Shown here: positions 13,020-25,470 of the stretch, piece by piece
Position numbering within the stretch: the stretch's first letter is position 1
Layout: each line of letters opens with the position of its first letter
NCBI RefSeq assembly: GCF_037042905.1
Contig: NC_087250.1
Span: 19,470,001-19,534,000, forward strand
Source: Lytechinus pictus
Taxonomy: Eukaryota
Length of the DNA: 64,000 bases
Reading direction: 5' to 3'
Made by a program: the position numbers and the translations under genes
The notes under the pieces: model-generated
The model's input: the letters and a program-made list of their open reading frames with translations, nothing else
Databases searched by the model: none
Told to the model about the DNA's origin: nothing

Positions 13020-13824
13020 CAGATCTAGATTATGTACAATATTTTGACAATTAACCTTAATTTAAAAGACTTTCCGAAGAAATAATTGTTTGCTGCAACT
13101 ACTGTCTTTTACCCCTGGCCCTAAGTGATAGTGTAATACAACCCAAACATTTCATAAGAATTAATGTACATGTATGATTCTTTCACCCAAATGCGAGCTT
13201 CCATAAATCCTGAAACTATTCCAACTCGGGTATTTTTTTTTACATACAGTATATTTTTACCTACATTACATAGTTGTCTAAAGTTGAAGGTATATTTAAT
13301 TACAATTTCAACGAAAAAGCTTTATTCTTGGAGATCATTATGCCTCTGTTATGTATTAATGTGTACATGTATTTATACATGTACAATTGTATGTATTGGT
13401 ATAACAAACATTGTAATTTCATTCCTTTGACCCTAATACTGCATTTTCATAGAAAAGTGTTTTTTTTTTCAATCTATTTAGAGTTTTCAACATTTTGTAT
13501 TCCTTTTTTTTTTTGCTGGTAATATGTTATGCAACTTTTATTTATTAATAGAATATTTGCCACGATTTCATAATTGAAATGTATGTATTTGATTTTGTTT
13601 TCCATTTTTGTATATATTCTTTTTCGAGGGGGGGGGGTCATGTTCTTGAGACCGAGACAAGTTATGCAAGGCCCTGGCATGGAGGATCATTATATTGTTA
13701 CTGGGAATGCTGGACATTGTCAGACCACCTCAGTATTCACCAAATATAGATAATCCTCAATGACAAGGTCTTTGAAGTGATGTGTGTATGTACATTGCAT
13801 GTAGAATTTAATGTTTAGGTCATT

Positions 13825-14413
13825 ATCACGTCAGAATACGTTAAGATATCATAGTTGACTCCAAAAGACGTCATATTCATTTCAATATGCGACGTCAATA
13901 TGACGTCTATTACTAGTCAGCAATATGTTGCAAAGTCGTCATTCAGACGTCGTAGTTGACTTATAAAGACGTCATAATTACATCAATATGACGTCTGAAA
14001 CTGGTCAGGAATACGTCGCAAAGTTGTCATTAAGACGTCGTAGATGACTTTTAAAGACGTCATAATTACATCAATATGACGTCTAAAACCGGTCAGGAAC
14101 ACGTTGCACGGATGTCATTAAGACGTCGTTGTTGACTCTCGAAGACGTCATAATCACGTCAATACACGACGTCAATCTGACCCTTGATACTGGTCAGGAA
14201 AACGTTGTAAAAACGTTGCTAAGACGTCATTAAGACGTCGTAGTCACTCTTGGAGACGTCATAATGACGTCAATATACGACGTCATAATGACGTTATTCG
14301 CGGGTGCAAGATCCCGTCAATAAGACGTCATGTTACGACGTCAAAATGACGTGACACTCGTCGTTAAACTGACGTAATTATGACGTCATTTTTACCAGTT
14401 TCTGCTATCAGGG
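13825..14413. repeat. 88-bp GACGTC-rich minisatellite, probably the arm of a non-autonomous DNA transposon ending in ...ctatcaggg
   Basis: aagacgtcataat recurs at 13966, 14054, 14142; many GACGTC/TGACGTCA palindromes. Confidence 0.8.
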
Positions 14414-14464
14414 AATTCATTTAACGTCATGACATTAAATCGTTGGGCAGTAATTCAGAATTGC

Positions 14465-14581
14465 GTCGTGTAGTAATTCGAATTACTACACTACGTAATT
14501 ATTTACGTCGTGTAGTAATTCGAATTACTACACTACGTAATTATTTACGTCGTGTAGTAAATTGAATTACGACACGACGTA
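14465..14581. repeat. 42-bp tandem repeat, each unit containing a 24-bp perfect palindrome
   Basis: gtgtagtaattcgaattactacac twice, plus a diverged third unit. Confidence 0.9.
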
Positions 14582-15779
14582 TATCCGTGTTTTTGACGGT
14601 CTCCTGCTTCCATAGATATCTAGTCCCATACTGGTGTAAGGTGGTATTTTCCACGTACCTTTTCCCCTTGTAATGACCACTTCGCACTTTAATACTTAAT
14701 TTTGACACTTAATCTGTGAAATTAATGGTTTAACGATTTTGGAAAATGTTCGGAATATACCTAACACATAAATGATTTCATTTTCTAGAATTATTATTTC
14801 TTTCCTGAATTACCAAAAGGCAAATTTAGGTCAAGATTGCATATACTCACATTGACTGTTTAGCATAGCGCATATCTATTACAACTTCTATTATGTGTGT
14901 CTATATTAGATAAATTGTCCTGATGTAAATATATGTTATAGAATCATATTGGATACAAAAATCATGACGGGTGTCATGGTCTGAGTTTTCTTTGTGTATA
15001 ACAAACAAAATACTGCATGATTCCAATTTTATTTGAACATGTCATCGTATGCAACGGCAATTTCAATCAGTTTATAATTTTCTTTTGCTTAGTCAGCGTT
15101 TATTTTTCAATGTGCAGAATTGGTTTGCAAGCGGTTTTTACACCAAAGAGCTTGCCAAAGAGCTCATTCCTGGCACTTCGACTAAAGATGGATATGATTA
15201 TTTTGTTTCTCATGGTTATCCATTTTTAAAAACAATATTTATTTACTGCAGCCAACGAGTTCCTGACACAATTTATTTTTTTACTAAAAACTACATTATG
15301 AATGTCCCCCGAGCGGTCTTAAAATAAAAAAGAAATACCCTTTTTCGCAAATGAATCATAGTTGTAGCTGTAAAATTACTTTGTCTTAATTACTTTCCTC
15401 TTAATTTAATATTTTAGTATTTCATTTACATAACCTAAATGAAGGAGGATTCGGAACGATTATTGTTTGATGATTATGGGTGTGAAAGGACCCCTCCCCA
15501 AAAATAATAATGAGTAAGAATAAATAAATAAATGAATAAATAAATTAAATTAAATTAAATTAAAATAAAAGTCAGTAATCTTTAATAGGATAGTTCGAAA
15601 GCTTATTTTCAGTGGGGTCCTCAACACGTATAGAATTGTAATTATAAAAGGTAAAATCTGTTTACACTATAAATATGAATATGAACTACTATTAAAAATA
15701 AATAAGATCTTGAGATGGTATGTACAAGAAATATATAAAAAAGAGAACGAAGAAGAAAGTTGAAGGTATAATGTTGTCT

Positions 15780-17010
15780 CAAGCGGATCGGGAGAAGGGG
15801 GTGCTCCTTTCCCTCTCTTTTCCAATACACCGGGTGAGTTATGTATATCTCAATATTGATTTTATAACAAACTACTTAAAATCCCCATTTCATGACAGAT
15901 TATAAAAAAATTCGGCTTACGATTTGTGCTCGCATTGATTGTTGAAAATATATTAAATCGTGCATCATAATTACAAAAGTGCTTTAAATGTCCATTTTTC
16001 AAGCCATAATATTAACAGATTACGCGCTCTCATTAGGCTTATTAGACTAATAAATAAGATATTAATTTAGTAATCACTATGTCCTTGTTTTCAGAATGGA
16101 ATATCGACAAGTTCTATTTCGTGCTTAGGAAGAGAAATAGGAAGACAGTCATCATTTTCATTTGATGACATAATGTTCTTAGGATGTCCCGGTCCTAGGT
16201 CAAAACTCAAAGGAATAATATTGAAACATATCGGCTTTTTTAAAACTGTGATCCAAATCCACCTCACAATTGTCCTACAAAGTGCTTGAAATACAGAGAT
16301 TAAATTGTCCCTTTTTCAGATCGGAATATCAAATACTTTAAGCTCGCGCTTTTTGCGCTCGCTTTATTGATTTTCATGATGTAAAAGGTATTTAGAATGC
16401 CCAGATTCTATAGGTCGCGCATGTTTATTCAGATACGCAGCTTGTTCACTATTTAAATCATCCAAATATCAAACATTTTGTGCTCGCATTATAAGATTTC
16501 CAATTATCATTTTCATGATTTACACAAAATGATCAGAGTGTCCCATTTTTGGGTGTAAATCTCGATTTTTTTTCCGCACGCGCTTCGCGCTCGCATCAAT
16601 TGTTTAGTCATTTACTTATTATTATCACGATTACAAAAAGTGCTTAGAATTTCCGTACTTCGTCTAGAAATGTCAAAATTTTCAGCCCACGCTTTTCGCT
16701 CGCATTATTTGATTGTTGAAAAATGTAAGGTAGTTGCGGTGGATACACATCTGTCTTAGGATCACAAACATTGCCCAGAATATTTAGATTTTAGGACAAA
16801 ATACTTTGCACTCGCTTTAATCAAATAAGGCTTATGAGATTATTATATATTTATGTTGATTTATAAGAATAAAGCTTAGACTATTATAATAAAAGACTAC
16901 CCCTTCAAAGATACAAACAAAAATCAACTTCGAGTGGCCGATCGGGAAAATGTGGCTAAAAAATTCGGCTCCCCCCCCCCCCATATTGGCAAAGGCTGGA
17001 TCCGCCCCTG
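15780..17010. mobile_element. Old non-autonomous DNA transposon ending ctggatccgcccctg
   Basis: hAT-like CAGGGGCGGATCCAG terminus at 16996-17010; internal gctcgcgct..gcgctcgc motifs shared in reverse with 19370-19520. Left end approximate. Confidence 0.5.
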
Positions 17011-19048
17011 TCTACTGATAGCTCTTGACTCTTGAAGGGGGGGGGGATGAGTTACCCTTGAATATTATTGTTGAATATTCAGCTCAATATATTGCTTTGA
17101 CCCCCATCCCTTCACACACGTTTTGTATATCCCCGTCTACTAACAGCTCTGGGGGGGACCATTTTTTTTTTAACTCAACATAATTATTGCTCTCACACCC
17201 CCCCCCCCCCCCCCGATCAGATGAATTACGCCACTTGACGTGCGTGATTTCAATTGCAATATAGCCCCAAGATCCACTGACTATTTATTTAGCTTACACA
17301 TTAAAAAAAACTGGAGAGTTGTCAAACTCAACACAAATATACAATAAAATAACAACAAAATAACATACTATAGAAAGAAAGTATTAAAAAAATTGAGAAC
17401 TTAGTACAATAAAGATAATAAAATGTTGAAATTTTTTACCCCCGTCTCCCACACTCGATCTATTACGTATTAGACAATGATATGAAATTATGCTGATCTG
17501 CCTTTATTTGCGCACGATATTCTTAACTAAAGTCATGATATGACCATTGATATAATGGATTATAAATTTTCATAGTTTGATCACACCATATCCACTTTAA
17601 ATCCCTGGAAATTCCAGCAACAATACATGTTGTCATGGTACGACACACATTTTCTTTATTGAAAAGTATCACGACACCAACGTTGAAACTGTGCAAAGGC
17701 CTTTAATGGCGAACTCCACTGGGTTGATACATAGCCTATGGGTGATGAACATACGCGTCCGAGTCGTGTCGTGTCGAGACGTACCGGTAGCGCGTTTCCG
17801 TTTTACACCCTGGCGAAGGCATTTTCCGGAAAATTAGCCACAAAGCGACTAGTGAAGAGTCTACGTCTATGTTGGTTTGTTTACATAATCAGCTGGGCGC
17901 GCGATCCAAAAGTCTGCACCGAAGATAGCCGCAGAACATACGTGCAAATGCAGCTGAGCTTATAGACCAAAACAAAAGCTTCAGTCTCTGTATTTTGGTT
18001 GTTCCGCTGAACTACGTTGGCTCCATTACTTTTTTCTTTTTACTTTATCGCACATGATCGTTTATATGAATGAAAACGAATAAAAGCTAAAATATTGAAA
18101 AATAAAACACATAATTACTTTTTTTTTCATATTATATCTATCCTTATATCTATCATATCTGTCTATCCACTATCTATGTTATAAATCAATCTATGGAACT
18201 ACATGGTATATCTAGGCCCTATCTGTCAATTTGTCTATCTACTCCGTCTCTCTCATTCTCTATCTACCTATCTATCTTTCTATCTATCTATCCATCTAAC
18301 ATCTATCTCTCAAATTCTCTATCTATCCATCTGTCTCTCTTTTATTTCTCTCTATCCATCTATTAATCTACTCATGTGCAATATCAACACTGCTTCGACT
18401 TCCTTCGGGAGTCTATTTCCTCAGCTCTACTTTTCCCTTTTTTGTGCTCGATTCGATTCAATTACTACTTTATTTACTTGTTACCATCGTTAAGTGTCTT
18501 GTATTGCATAATGAGTTTTTTCTGAAGGTTGCATCGTATTTTCTTTCCAATTCCACCTCTTGCTTTCCCTTCTCTTTGTCTTATCCCAATTTCTTTCCCT
18601 TCTCTCACCTCTTTCCTCTTCTCTCTCCTCTTTCTTCTTAATCTTTCATACCGCTTTTTTCTTCTTTGGTGACACTTTGTAGTACTTTTGGCCTTTTGTA
18701 TTTATTTATGATACATGTCTTTTTCATCTGTATGAATTAGTATTCTATTTGATATTTATTTATAATGTTTACTTTATATTTTGTTATGATTCTATTTGTA
18801 TGTAAACATTCACTTATTTCAGTCTACTCTTTGACTGCTTGTGATTGTATTTTGATAGTTTTTATTGCAATAAAATCCAATATATATATATATTATATAA
18901 TAAACACAAGTTCACAAGGTTGACTGGAGGTTCATCAAATTTAATTGCAACTCTGAGTTTCACGCAACCTACGTGAGGTGCGATCTTCAGGCAACTGAAA
19001 AGTGCCTGAAGATCGCACCTCACGTAGGTTGCGTGAAACTCAGAGTTG

Positions 19049-19096
19049 TGCCTGAAGATCGCACCTCACGTAGGTTGCGTGAAACTCAGAGTTGCA
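19049..19096 (+). ncRNA. Minimal type I hammerhead ribozyme (tandem copy at 19003-19050; antisense copy at 18946-18993)
   Basis: UGC-CUGAAGA-[cgca/cct..agg/tgcg stem II]-GAAA-CUC-A-GA-GUU-GCA: complete core, stem I UGC/GCA, palindromic stem III aactc-a-gagtt, GUU cleavage triplet. Confidence 0.7.
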
Positions 19097-19136
19097 ATTA
19101 AATTTGATGAACCTCCAGTCAACCTTGTGAACTTGT

Positions 19137-20252
19137 CACTGGCGTAAATCCGTGTTAATGGGTGGGGGGGGGATGACTGAAATATTTTTGCAATTTTTTT
19201 GCAATCATGTTTTTAGATATGCAAGGAATTGTCAGTGATATGTCCACAGTGGCGCACCGTGGGTCACGGTATGGGGGGGGGGGGCACCAGCAAGATTTTT
19301 GAATCACTGAGTGAGCGCGCTGTAATAGAGACATTTTAGGGACAATTTAAAGATATTTGATCTCACTGATCATATAATGCGAGCGCGAAGTGCGAGCTGA
19401 AAATTTAGATAATTCAGACCTGAAGTGGGGCATTTAAGGTTTCTTTGTAGGAATTAACTAGGACATGCGTATTTCATTAACCAAATGATGCGAGCGCGAA
19501 GCGCGAGCTGAAAATTTTTGATATTCAGATCAGAAGGGACATTTTAAGGACTGATTTTAGGAATTCATGAAGAGCAGACATATCTCACCAATCCACTAAT
19601 GCGAACGTAATCACGGACAGAAAATGTTTCATATATACGAAGACCTTAACATGGGGCAATCACTTTTTGAGTCATGAAAAAGAAGCATATGTCACTACAT
19701 AAAACAATGATAACTCAAGTGCTAGGAAATATATTTGGTTTACATTGACTTGAAAACGGGATGTTTTAGTACAACAGGATTATATATCTCGTTAAACAGA
19801 CAATGCGAGAACCAGGAACAATGAAGACGTAGGCCCTGGGCAAATCATGTTTCATAAAGTTATATATGATAAAAATGTTCCTCATGTAATGTAACATAAC
19901 ATAATTATAATATAATATAACATTGTAATGAATAATATTTTCTTCTTTCCCACTACGGTTCTCTTCCTTTCTCCCTCTTTTCTCCTTTTCCCCGTTTTTT
20001 TGGGGGGTCAGCCGATTGGGGGGGGGGCACGTGCCTTTATTTGCATTTTATGATTCAATAATATTGTTTTATTTGTTAAGCGGTATTTCAGGAAGAATTT
20101 TCACCAATAAAACAATTATCTCCTGTGATTTTTTTTTTATTTCTTTCGTAAAAAGTGGGGGGGGGGGGGGATGTTTGTACAGGCTATCCCCCCTCCTCGA
20201 AAAGTGGGGGGGATATATCCCCCCATCCCCCCCCCCGGGATTTACGCCAGTG
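19137..20252. mobile_element. hAT-like MITE with a nested fragment of a second element
   Basis: TIR cactggcgtaaatcc / ggatttacgccagtg, 8-bp TSD gaacttgt; internal cagtggcgcaccg terminus at about 19247. Confidence 0.9.
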
Positions 20253-20327
20253 GAACTTGTGTTTATTATTCAAAGCTCTTCCTGTGAAGGACATCGAGCA
20301 CTCTATACAAGGATATAATTCCCGAAG

Positions 20328-20358
<31 letters not shown>

Positions 20359-21236
20359 CTCAAATTCTCTCTATCCATCTGTCTGTCTTTTTCTCTCTAT
20401 CCGTCTATATATCTATCTCTCAAATTCTATCTATCTATCTATCTATGTAACTACAGTATCTATCTATCTGTTAATCTTCTCTGTCTCTCTCATTCTTTAT
20501 CTATCTAACATCTATCTATATCTCAAATTATCTATCTCTCTCTCTCTATCTATCCATCTGTCTTTCTCTAGTGCTCTCTGTCTATCAATCTATTTATCTA
20601 TCTTCTATCTATCTATCTATCTATCTATATGTAACTGCAGTATCTATCTATCTGTTAATTTGTCGCTCTTCTCTGTCTCTCTCATTCTTTATCTATTAGA
20701 AAGTCAAAAAGGGGCCTAAGCTTTCGATCCTAGCAGAATCTTCGTCGGAGGCAAAATCTTTATCTATCTAACATCTATCTATCTCTCAAATTCTCTCTCT
20801 CTCTCTCTCCCCCTCTCTCTACCTATCTATATATCCATATTTCTGTCTTTCTCTCTCTCTACCTATCTATCTTCTATCTATCTATTTATTTATCTATCTC
20901 TCAAATTCTATCTCTATCTATCTATATGTAACTACAATCTTCTCTGTCTCTCTGATTCTTTATCTATCTAACATCTATCTCTCTCTCTCTCCCTCTATCT
21001 ATCCATCTGTCTTTCTCTAGTTCTCTCTCTCTATCAATCTATCTATCTATCTTCTATCTATCTATCTATATGCAACTGCAGTATCTATCTATCTGTTAAA
21101 TTGTCGCTCTTCTCCGTCTCTCTCATTCTTGATCTTTATCTATCTAACATATATCTATCTCTCAAATTCTCTATCTCTCTCCCCCCTCTCTATATCTATC
21201 TATCCATCTCTCTGACTTTCTCTCTCTCTCTCTACT

Positions 21237-21294
<58 letters not shown>

Positions 21295-21978
21295 CATCTG
21301 TCTTTCTCTAGTGCTCTCTGTCTATCAATCTATTTATCTATCTTCTATCTATCTATCTATATGTAACTGCAGTATCTATCTATCTGTTAATTTGTCGCTC
21401 TTCTCTGTCTCTCTCATTCTTTATCTATTAGAAAGTCAAAAAGGGGCCTAAGCTTTCGATCCTAGCAGAATCTTCGTCGGAGGCAAAATCTTTATCTATC
21501 TAACATCTATCTATCTCTCAAATTCTCTCTCTCTCTCTCTCCCCCTCTCTCTACCTATCTATATATCCATATTTCTGTCTTTCTCTCTCTCTATCTATCT
21601 ATCTTCTATCTATCTATTTATTTATCTATCTCTCAAATTCTATCTCTATCTATCTATATGTAACTACAATCTTCTCTGTCTCTCTGATTCTTTATCTATC
21701 TAACATCTATCTCTCTCTCTCTCCCTCTATCTATCCATCTGTCTTTCTCTAGTTCTCTCTCTCTATCAATCTATCTATCTATCTTCTATCTATCTATCTA
21801 TATGCAACTGCAGTATCTATCTATCTGTTAAATTGTCGCTCTTCTCCGTCTCTCATTCTTGATCTTTATCTATCTAACATATATCTATCTCTCAAATTCT
21901 CTATCTCTCTCCCCCCCCTCTCTATATCTATCTATCCATCTCTCTGACTTTCTCTCTCTCTCTCTCTCTCTCTCTACT

Positions 21979-22016
<38 letters not shown>

Positions 22017-22040
22017 CATCTATGTCTCTATCTATTTATC
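20328..22040. repeat. (TA)n/(TCTA)n/(TC)n microsatellite field with a 732-bp internal tandem duplication
   Basis: Unique 60-bp insert tagaaagtcaaaaaggggcc... at about 20697 and 21429 with duplicated flanks. Confidence 0.92.
20714..20752 (-). ncRNA. Atypical minimal hammerhead-like motif (Penelope-type); duplicate at 21446-21484
   Basis: Minus strand GCCU-CCGACGA-A-gauucu-gcu-aggauc-GAAAGCUU-AGGC; stems I and II pair, AAGCUU palindrome; core has C instead of U at position 4. Confidence 0.45.
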
Positions 22041-23310
22041 AGTCTTCTATATTTATCTTTCGGCATCTAAGTGTATCAATCCATCAAACTTAATCTTTCT
22101 AATATATGTATCTGTTTATTTTTATTTTGTCTGTCATTCTATTCATTTAGTTAATAATTTATATTAAAAAAAAAAAACTTTTTCATAACTTTTCATTTAA
22201 AAAAACGTAACTGCAAAAGCATATTCGGATTTCACTCATGTGACTGCTCTCTGTACATGAAGTGCCGAGGAACTCTATGCTCTGATCAGTAACTGTGCTG
22301 ATTGCATGCGGTGGTGTGGGACTCGCCTGTGTCGCACGCTGCAACCAGCGACGTGTGTAGACTCTTCACTAGTCGCTTTGTGGCTATTTTTGCGGGAAAT
22401 GCCTTCGCCAGGGTGTAAAACGGAAACGCGCGGGCTCGGGAGAGCAAGTCTCCTACATTTTGGCTATCAAAGAATACATAGCTTTGCTGGCTTAAAGTAA
22501 AATTAGAACAAAGTGACCAGCATGGGTGACGTACGTGATCGTGGGTCTGAGTTGAGGTGCGTGTATTTTATATTCATGAGATTAGCTATATTACAAACAC
22601 AAATGGATCCTAGTTGAAACCAATTGAAGATGATGGTCTAGTTATTGGTCCCGACATTGAATTCTAGTGGGGTCAGTTGGCCGAATGGACAATATAGGAC
22701 CTCAATATTGCATGGCGCGGTATCTAATTTGACGGTGGAGGGTGGACCCACATTGGTCCTTAGGTCCTATTAAACCCATTGATACCAATTGAAACCAATT
22801 AAAAATTCAATGAGTGTGCAATGGGTTTCAATAAAAAAAAATGGAATTTTGTCCTGGGTGGGGTGAGTGTAGAGAGGGTCGCATAGTATACCAGCACCGC
22901 TAGTTCACGAAAAAGCCCGTATACCATCCATCCTAGGTCCTATAGCTCGATCTTCATCGGCGTCTTCAAACATATGTCAAACATCATCGGCGGAGCTTTT
23001 TTCTTGGATCGAGACTGCAGGGAATTCCACCATCTAAGTCGAGCGTCGTTCATCCTCAGTCTACGAATCAGGAGGTAGTATACGTAATACGTGGCTATTT
23101 ATACTCAATCCTTCCTCGTCTTTTGGGTCGCGCATGGTACGGTATCCAATCGTAAGTGCCCCCCGGGTGTGGAATTAAAGAAGCATATCTTATATCTGCC
23201 CATCACCTTATATATATGATCAATGTCTGAATGGTATATATGAATATGTAAATACATCGGAATTTATGTGAATATGCAAATATTGTAGATATGCAACTAT
23301 AAAGGTCCAA

Positions 23311-23425
23311 GGTTGTGGCCGAGAAGTCTAAGGCGCCAGGCTATACTGGAAAGTCCGGGGTTCGATCCCCGCGGCCGTGGCATATATGCCCGTGAGCAAA
23401 GCATTTAATGTACAATTCTCTTAAT
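23311..23425 (+). mobile_element. tRNA-derived SINE fragment
   Basis: A box tggccgagaagt, B box ggttcgatccc, followed by SINE-body-like gcccgtgagcaaagcattta; no complete cloverleaf. Confidence 0.7.
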
Positions 23426-24220
23426 TATCCTGCTTTCAAATAAATGGAAATGCTATATGCATAATTGGTAACTTGGTGTGCACTTGTTTAAAAAAGTGTG
23501 GGTGCGCGCGTGTGTGTATGTGTGACGACATCACTGCAACTTTAGAATTAATATATAAAGAAATGAAGATATATATTTTTTGTTGGCCGGGAAGTTTGCA
23601 CTCATCTTATTTTAGGATGTTGGAAATTTAACTAGAGAAAGAGAAACAATTAGAAATAAGACAAATGATGGAGAGGGGATCGGGAGGAGGGGGGGGGGGT
23701 GCCGGGGCGGGCCAGGGCGGGCCAGGGGTAGATCAAGAGAGAGAAATTTAATTATAAGATCGAGCCAGCATTATGAGTAAACATTTTTAAAATGGTTGTC
23801 AAAATGTAATCGCGTAAAATGGCGCACTAATTAAAAAGCCAAAATAAATTATCGAATTCCTAGCTCTTATTAAAAATCCTTTAATGAATAAATATAAAAA
23901 TCAAATTAATGTACCGTATATTATTAAAATAAATTATTCAAAATCAATGTAATCAATGTAATCCATAATATTAGTCAGCCTCGCAGCAGCCCGGCCGGCC
24001 GGGGATATATTCACAAAAATTAATCATTTGCAGGATTGATCATTTGTCAATCACTCAACCTGCCAACATAAATAACAGAATAATATGACCAATGCACATT
24101 TGCAATTAAGCTTATTCATTTCAACTCATACATTTGAAAAGAAAAAAAAAGACAAATAGCCGATAAATTTCATAGGTCTAGACCTCCATTTGACCATTGA
24201 TTTATTATGTACAAAGATTG

Positions 24221-24289
24221 TCACAAGAGGGCAGCAAACTTAACCGCGCAGGACGACTCTGAGTCTGAGCGAGAGAGCTGATGGTAAGC
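24221..24289 (+). promoter_or_regulatory. CTCF-like motif followed by a candidate non-coding first exon and splice donor
   Basis: tcacaagagggcagca resembles the CTCF consensus CCASYAGRKGGCRS; CpG-containing stretch ends in atg|gtaagc at 24283/24284, 5.2 kb upstream of the KRAB exon acceptor. Confidence 0.35.
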
Positions 24290-24627
24290 TATTCGAATGT
24301 GGATGTAAAATTACACTTTTACGAGAGAATGTAAAAAAAAAATAGTGAGAGAGTGTTTAAAACTATTTTCTGCTTCACTTGAGGTATAATTTTCTTCATA
24401 TTTCGTAAATGATGTTTTGTAAATCTCTAGAATCATCAAAAAGTCCGCGAAGCGAAGTTTGGACACGTTGGTCACCGTAGTCCCTAGGGCTAGGCTAGCG
24501 TAGCCGTCTCGGGAGCCGTACCGTCCAAGCCGGCTGCCAGGAGGCTCCGCGGGCCGGAGCCAGGCCAGGATTCGTCCGTGTAACATTATGATTAGGCAGA
24601 GGAAACTCCAACAAACAAACAACAACA

Positions 24628-24712
24628 AAGGAAACTCCAAAAACTACAAACCAGTTTCCTTGACATCTATTGTCTGTAAAGTACTTGAATGCATCATTCA
24701 TGGACATATTAT
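24628..24712 (+). pseudogene. CR1/L2-type reverse transcriptase fragment (part 1)
   Basis: Translates KETPKNYKPVSLTSIVCKVLECIIHGHI, the NYRPVSLTS motif of non-LTR RTs. Confidence 0.8.
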
Positions 24713-24783
24713 CATTATTATAAAAAATTTTAAAATATGAAACACACCGTTTAGTTTGAAACCTACCCCCTCGACACTATAGT

Positions 24784-25464
24784 AGGGTGTCTGAAGCCAC
24801 ACTGAAAAGTGTCAGCATAAAACAGGCTAATTTAGGGGAAAATATGGCACATTTTTTCGGGGAAGTTCAGGCTACTAGAAAAATGTGATCTGAATTGAAT
24901 ATTAACTTGTGTTTGGCATGTATGGAAAGAGAAAATTCAGGGGCTTCTTTTGACAGTAAGGACAAGTTTATATGATCATTTTAAATAAGGATTTAGAGAT
25001 AAATTGCAAACCCTTATTTTTGTGTGTGTTGAGAATGCCATTTCTCCATGCGTTTTCTATGGGAAAATGAAATTTCTGTTTTGCACAATTTTTTTCACTT
25101 TGTCGCAATTTTTCATTGTGATCTGGTTTCCAAATCTTTATAAAAATCATACCATCAGATAGAGCATAAAAAATCCTATTGGACTCTTTATGGACAAGTT
25201 TTTGGCATTAATAATAAATTTATAACAGCTCTCGGAAGCTAAAAATTTGGATTTGTGTGTGTCCATTTCTTAACTACACAGTCTATGGCAGAGAAATGCT
25301 GAAAATTTACCTAATTTCATTCTTCTTTTTTGCAGCCAATAATTGGATTTTTTTCAAAAATTTTGCATTTCTGTCAGTCTGCAAGGTCATTTCTCTCCAA
25401 ATTCACAAAGAAAATGTGATATTTTCTTGAAATAAGAAAAATAATTTTTTTCTCCAGACACCCT
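24784..25464. mobile_element. MITE with short TIR and 8-9-bp TSD
   Basis: agggtgtct...agacaccct flanked by (c)actatagt / (a)actatagt. Confidence 0.75.
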
Positions 25465-25470
25465 AACTAT

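Larger units (their letters stand above)
11390..13285. repeat. Diverged direct duplication (~450 bp; about 11390-11842 and 12552-13285)
   Basis: Shared gctgagaaatgagcaaaataagcatgtaattctatcaaa ... ctacattacatagttg; each copy carries a different MITE. Confidence 0.85.
18897..20330. mobile_element. Penelope-like element terminal (pseudo-LTR) palindrome, interrupted by a hAT-like MITE
   Basis: 18897-18993 is the exact reverse complement of 19049-19136 plus 20261-20269; contains CTGAAGA..GAAA motifs; flanked by (TA)n on both sides. Confidence 0.7.
17790..22431. mobile_element. 4.6-kb composite element bounded by 75-bp inverted repeats, with a (TCTA)n core and nested insertions
   Basis: gcgcgtttccgttttacaccctggcgaaggcatt...gcgactagtgaagagtctac (17790-17864) is inverted at 22357-22431 with few mismatches; no clear TSD. 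Confidence 0.65.

Noticed and set aside
20155..22167. LSIY-repeat ORFs
   Set aside because: (TCTA)n microsatellite translation.
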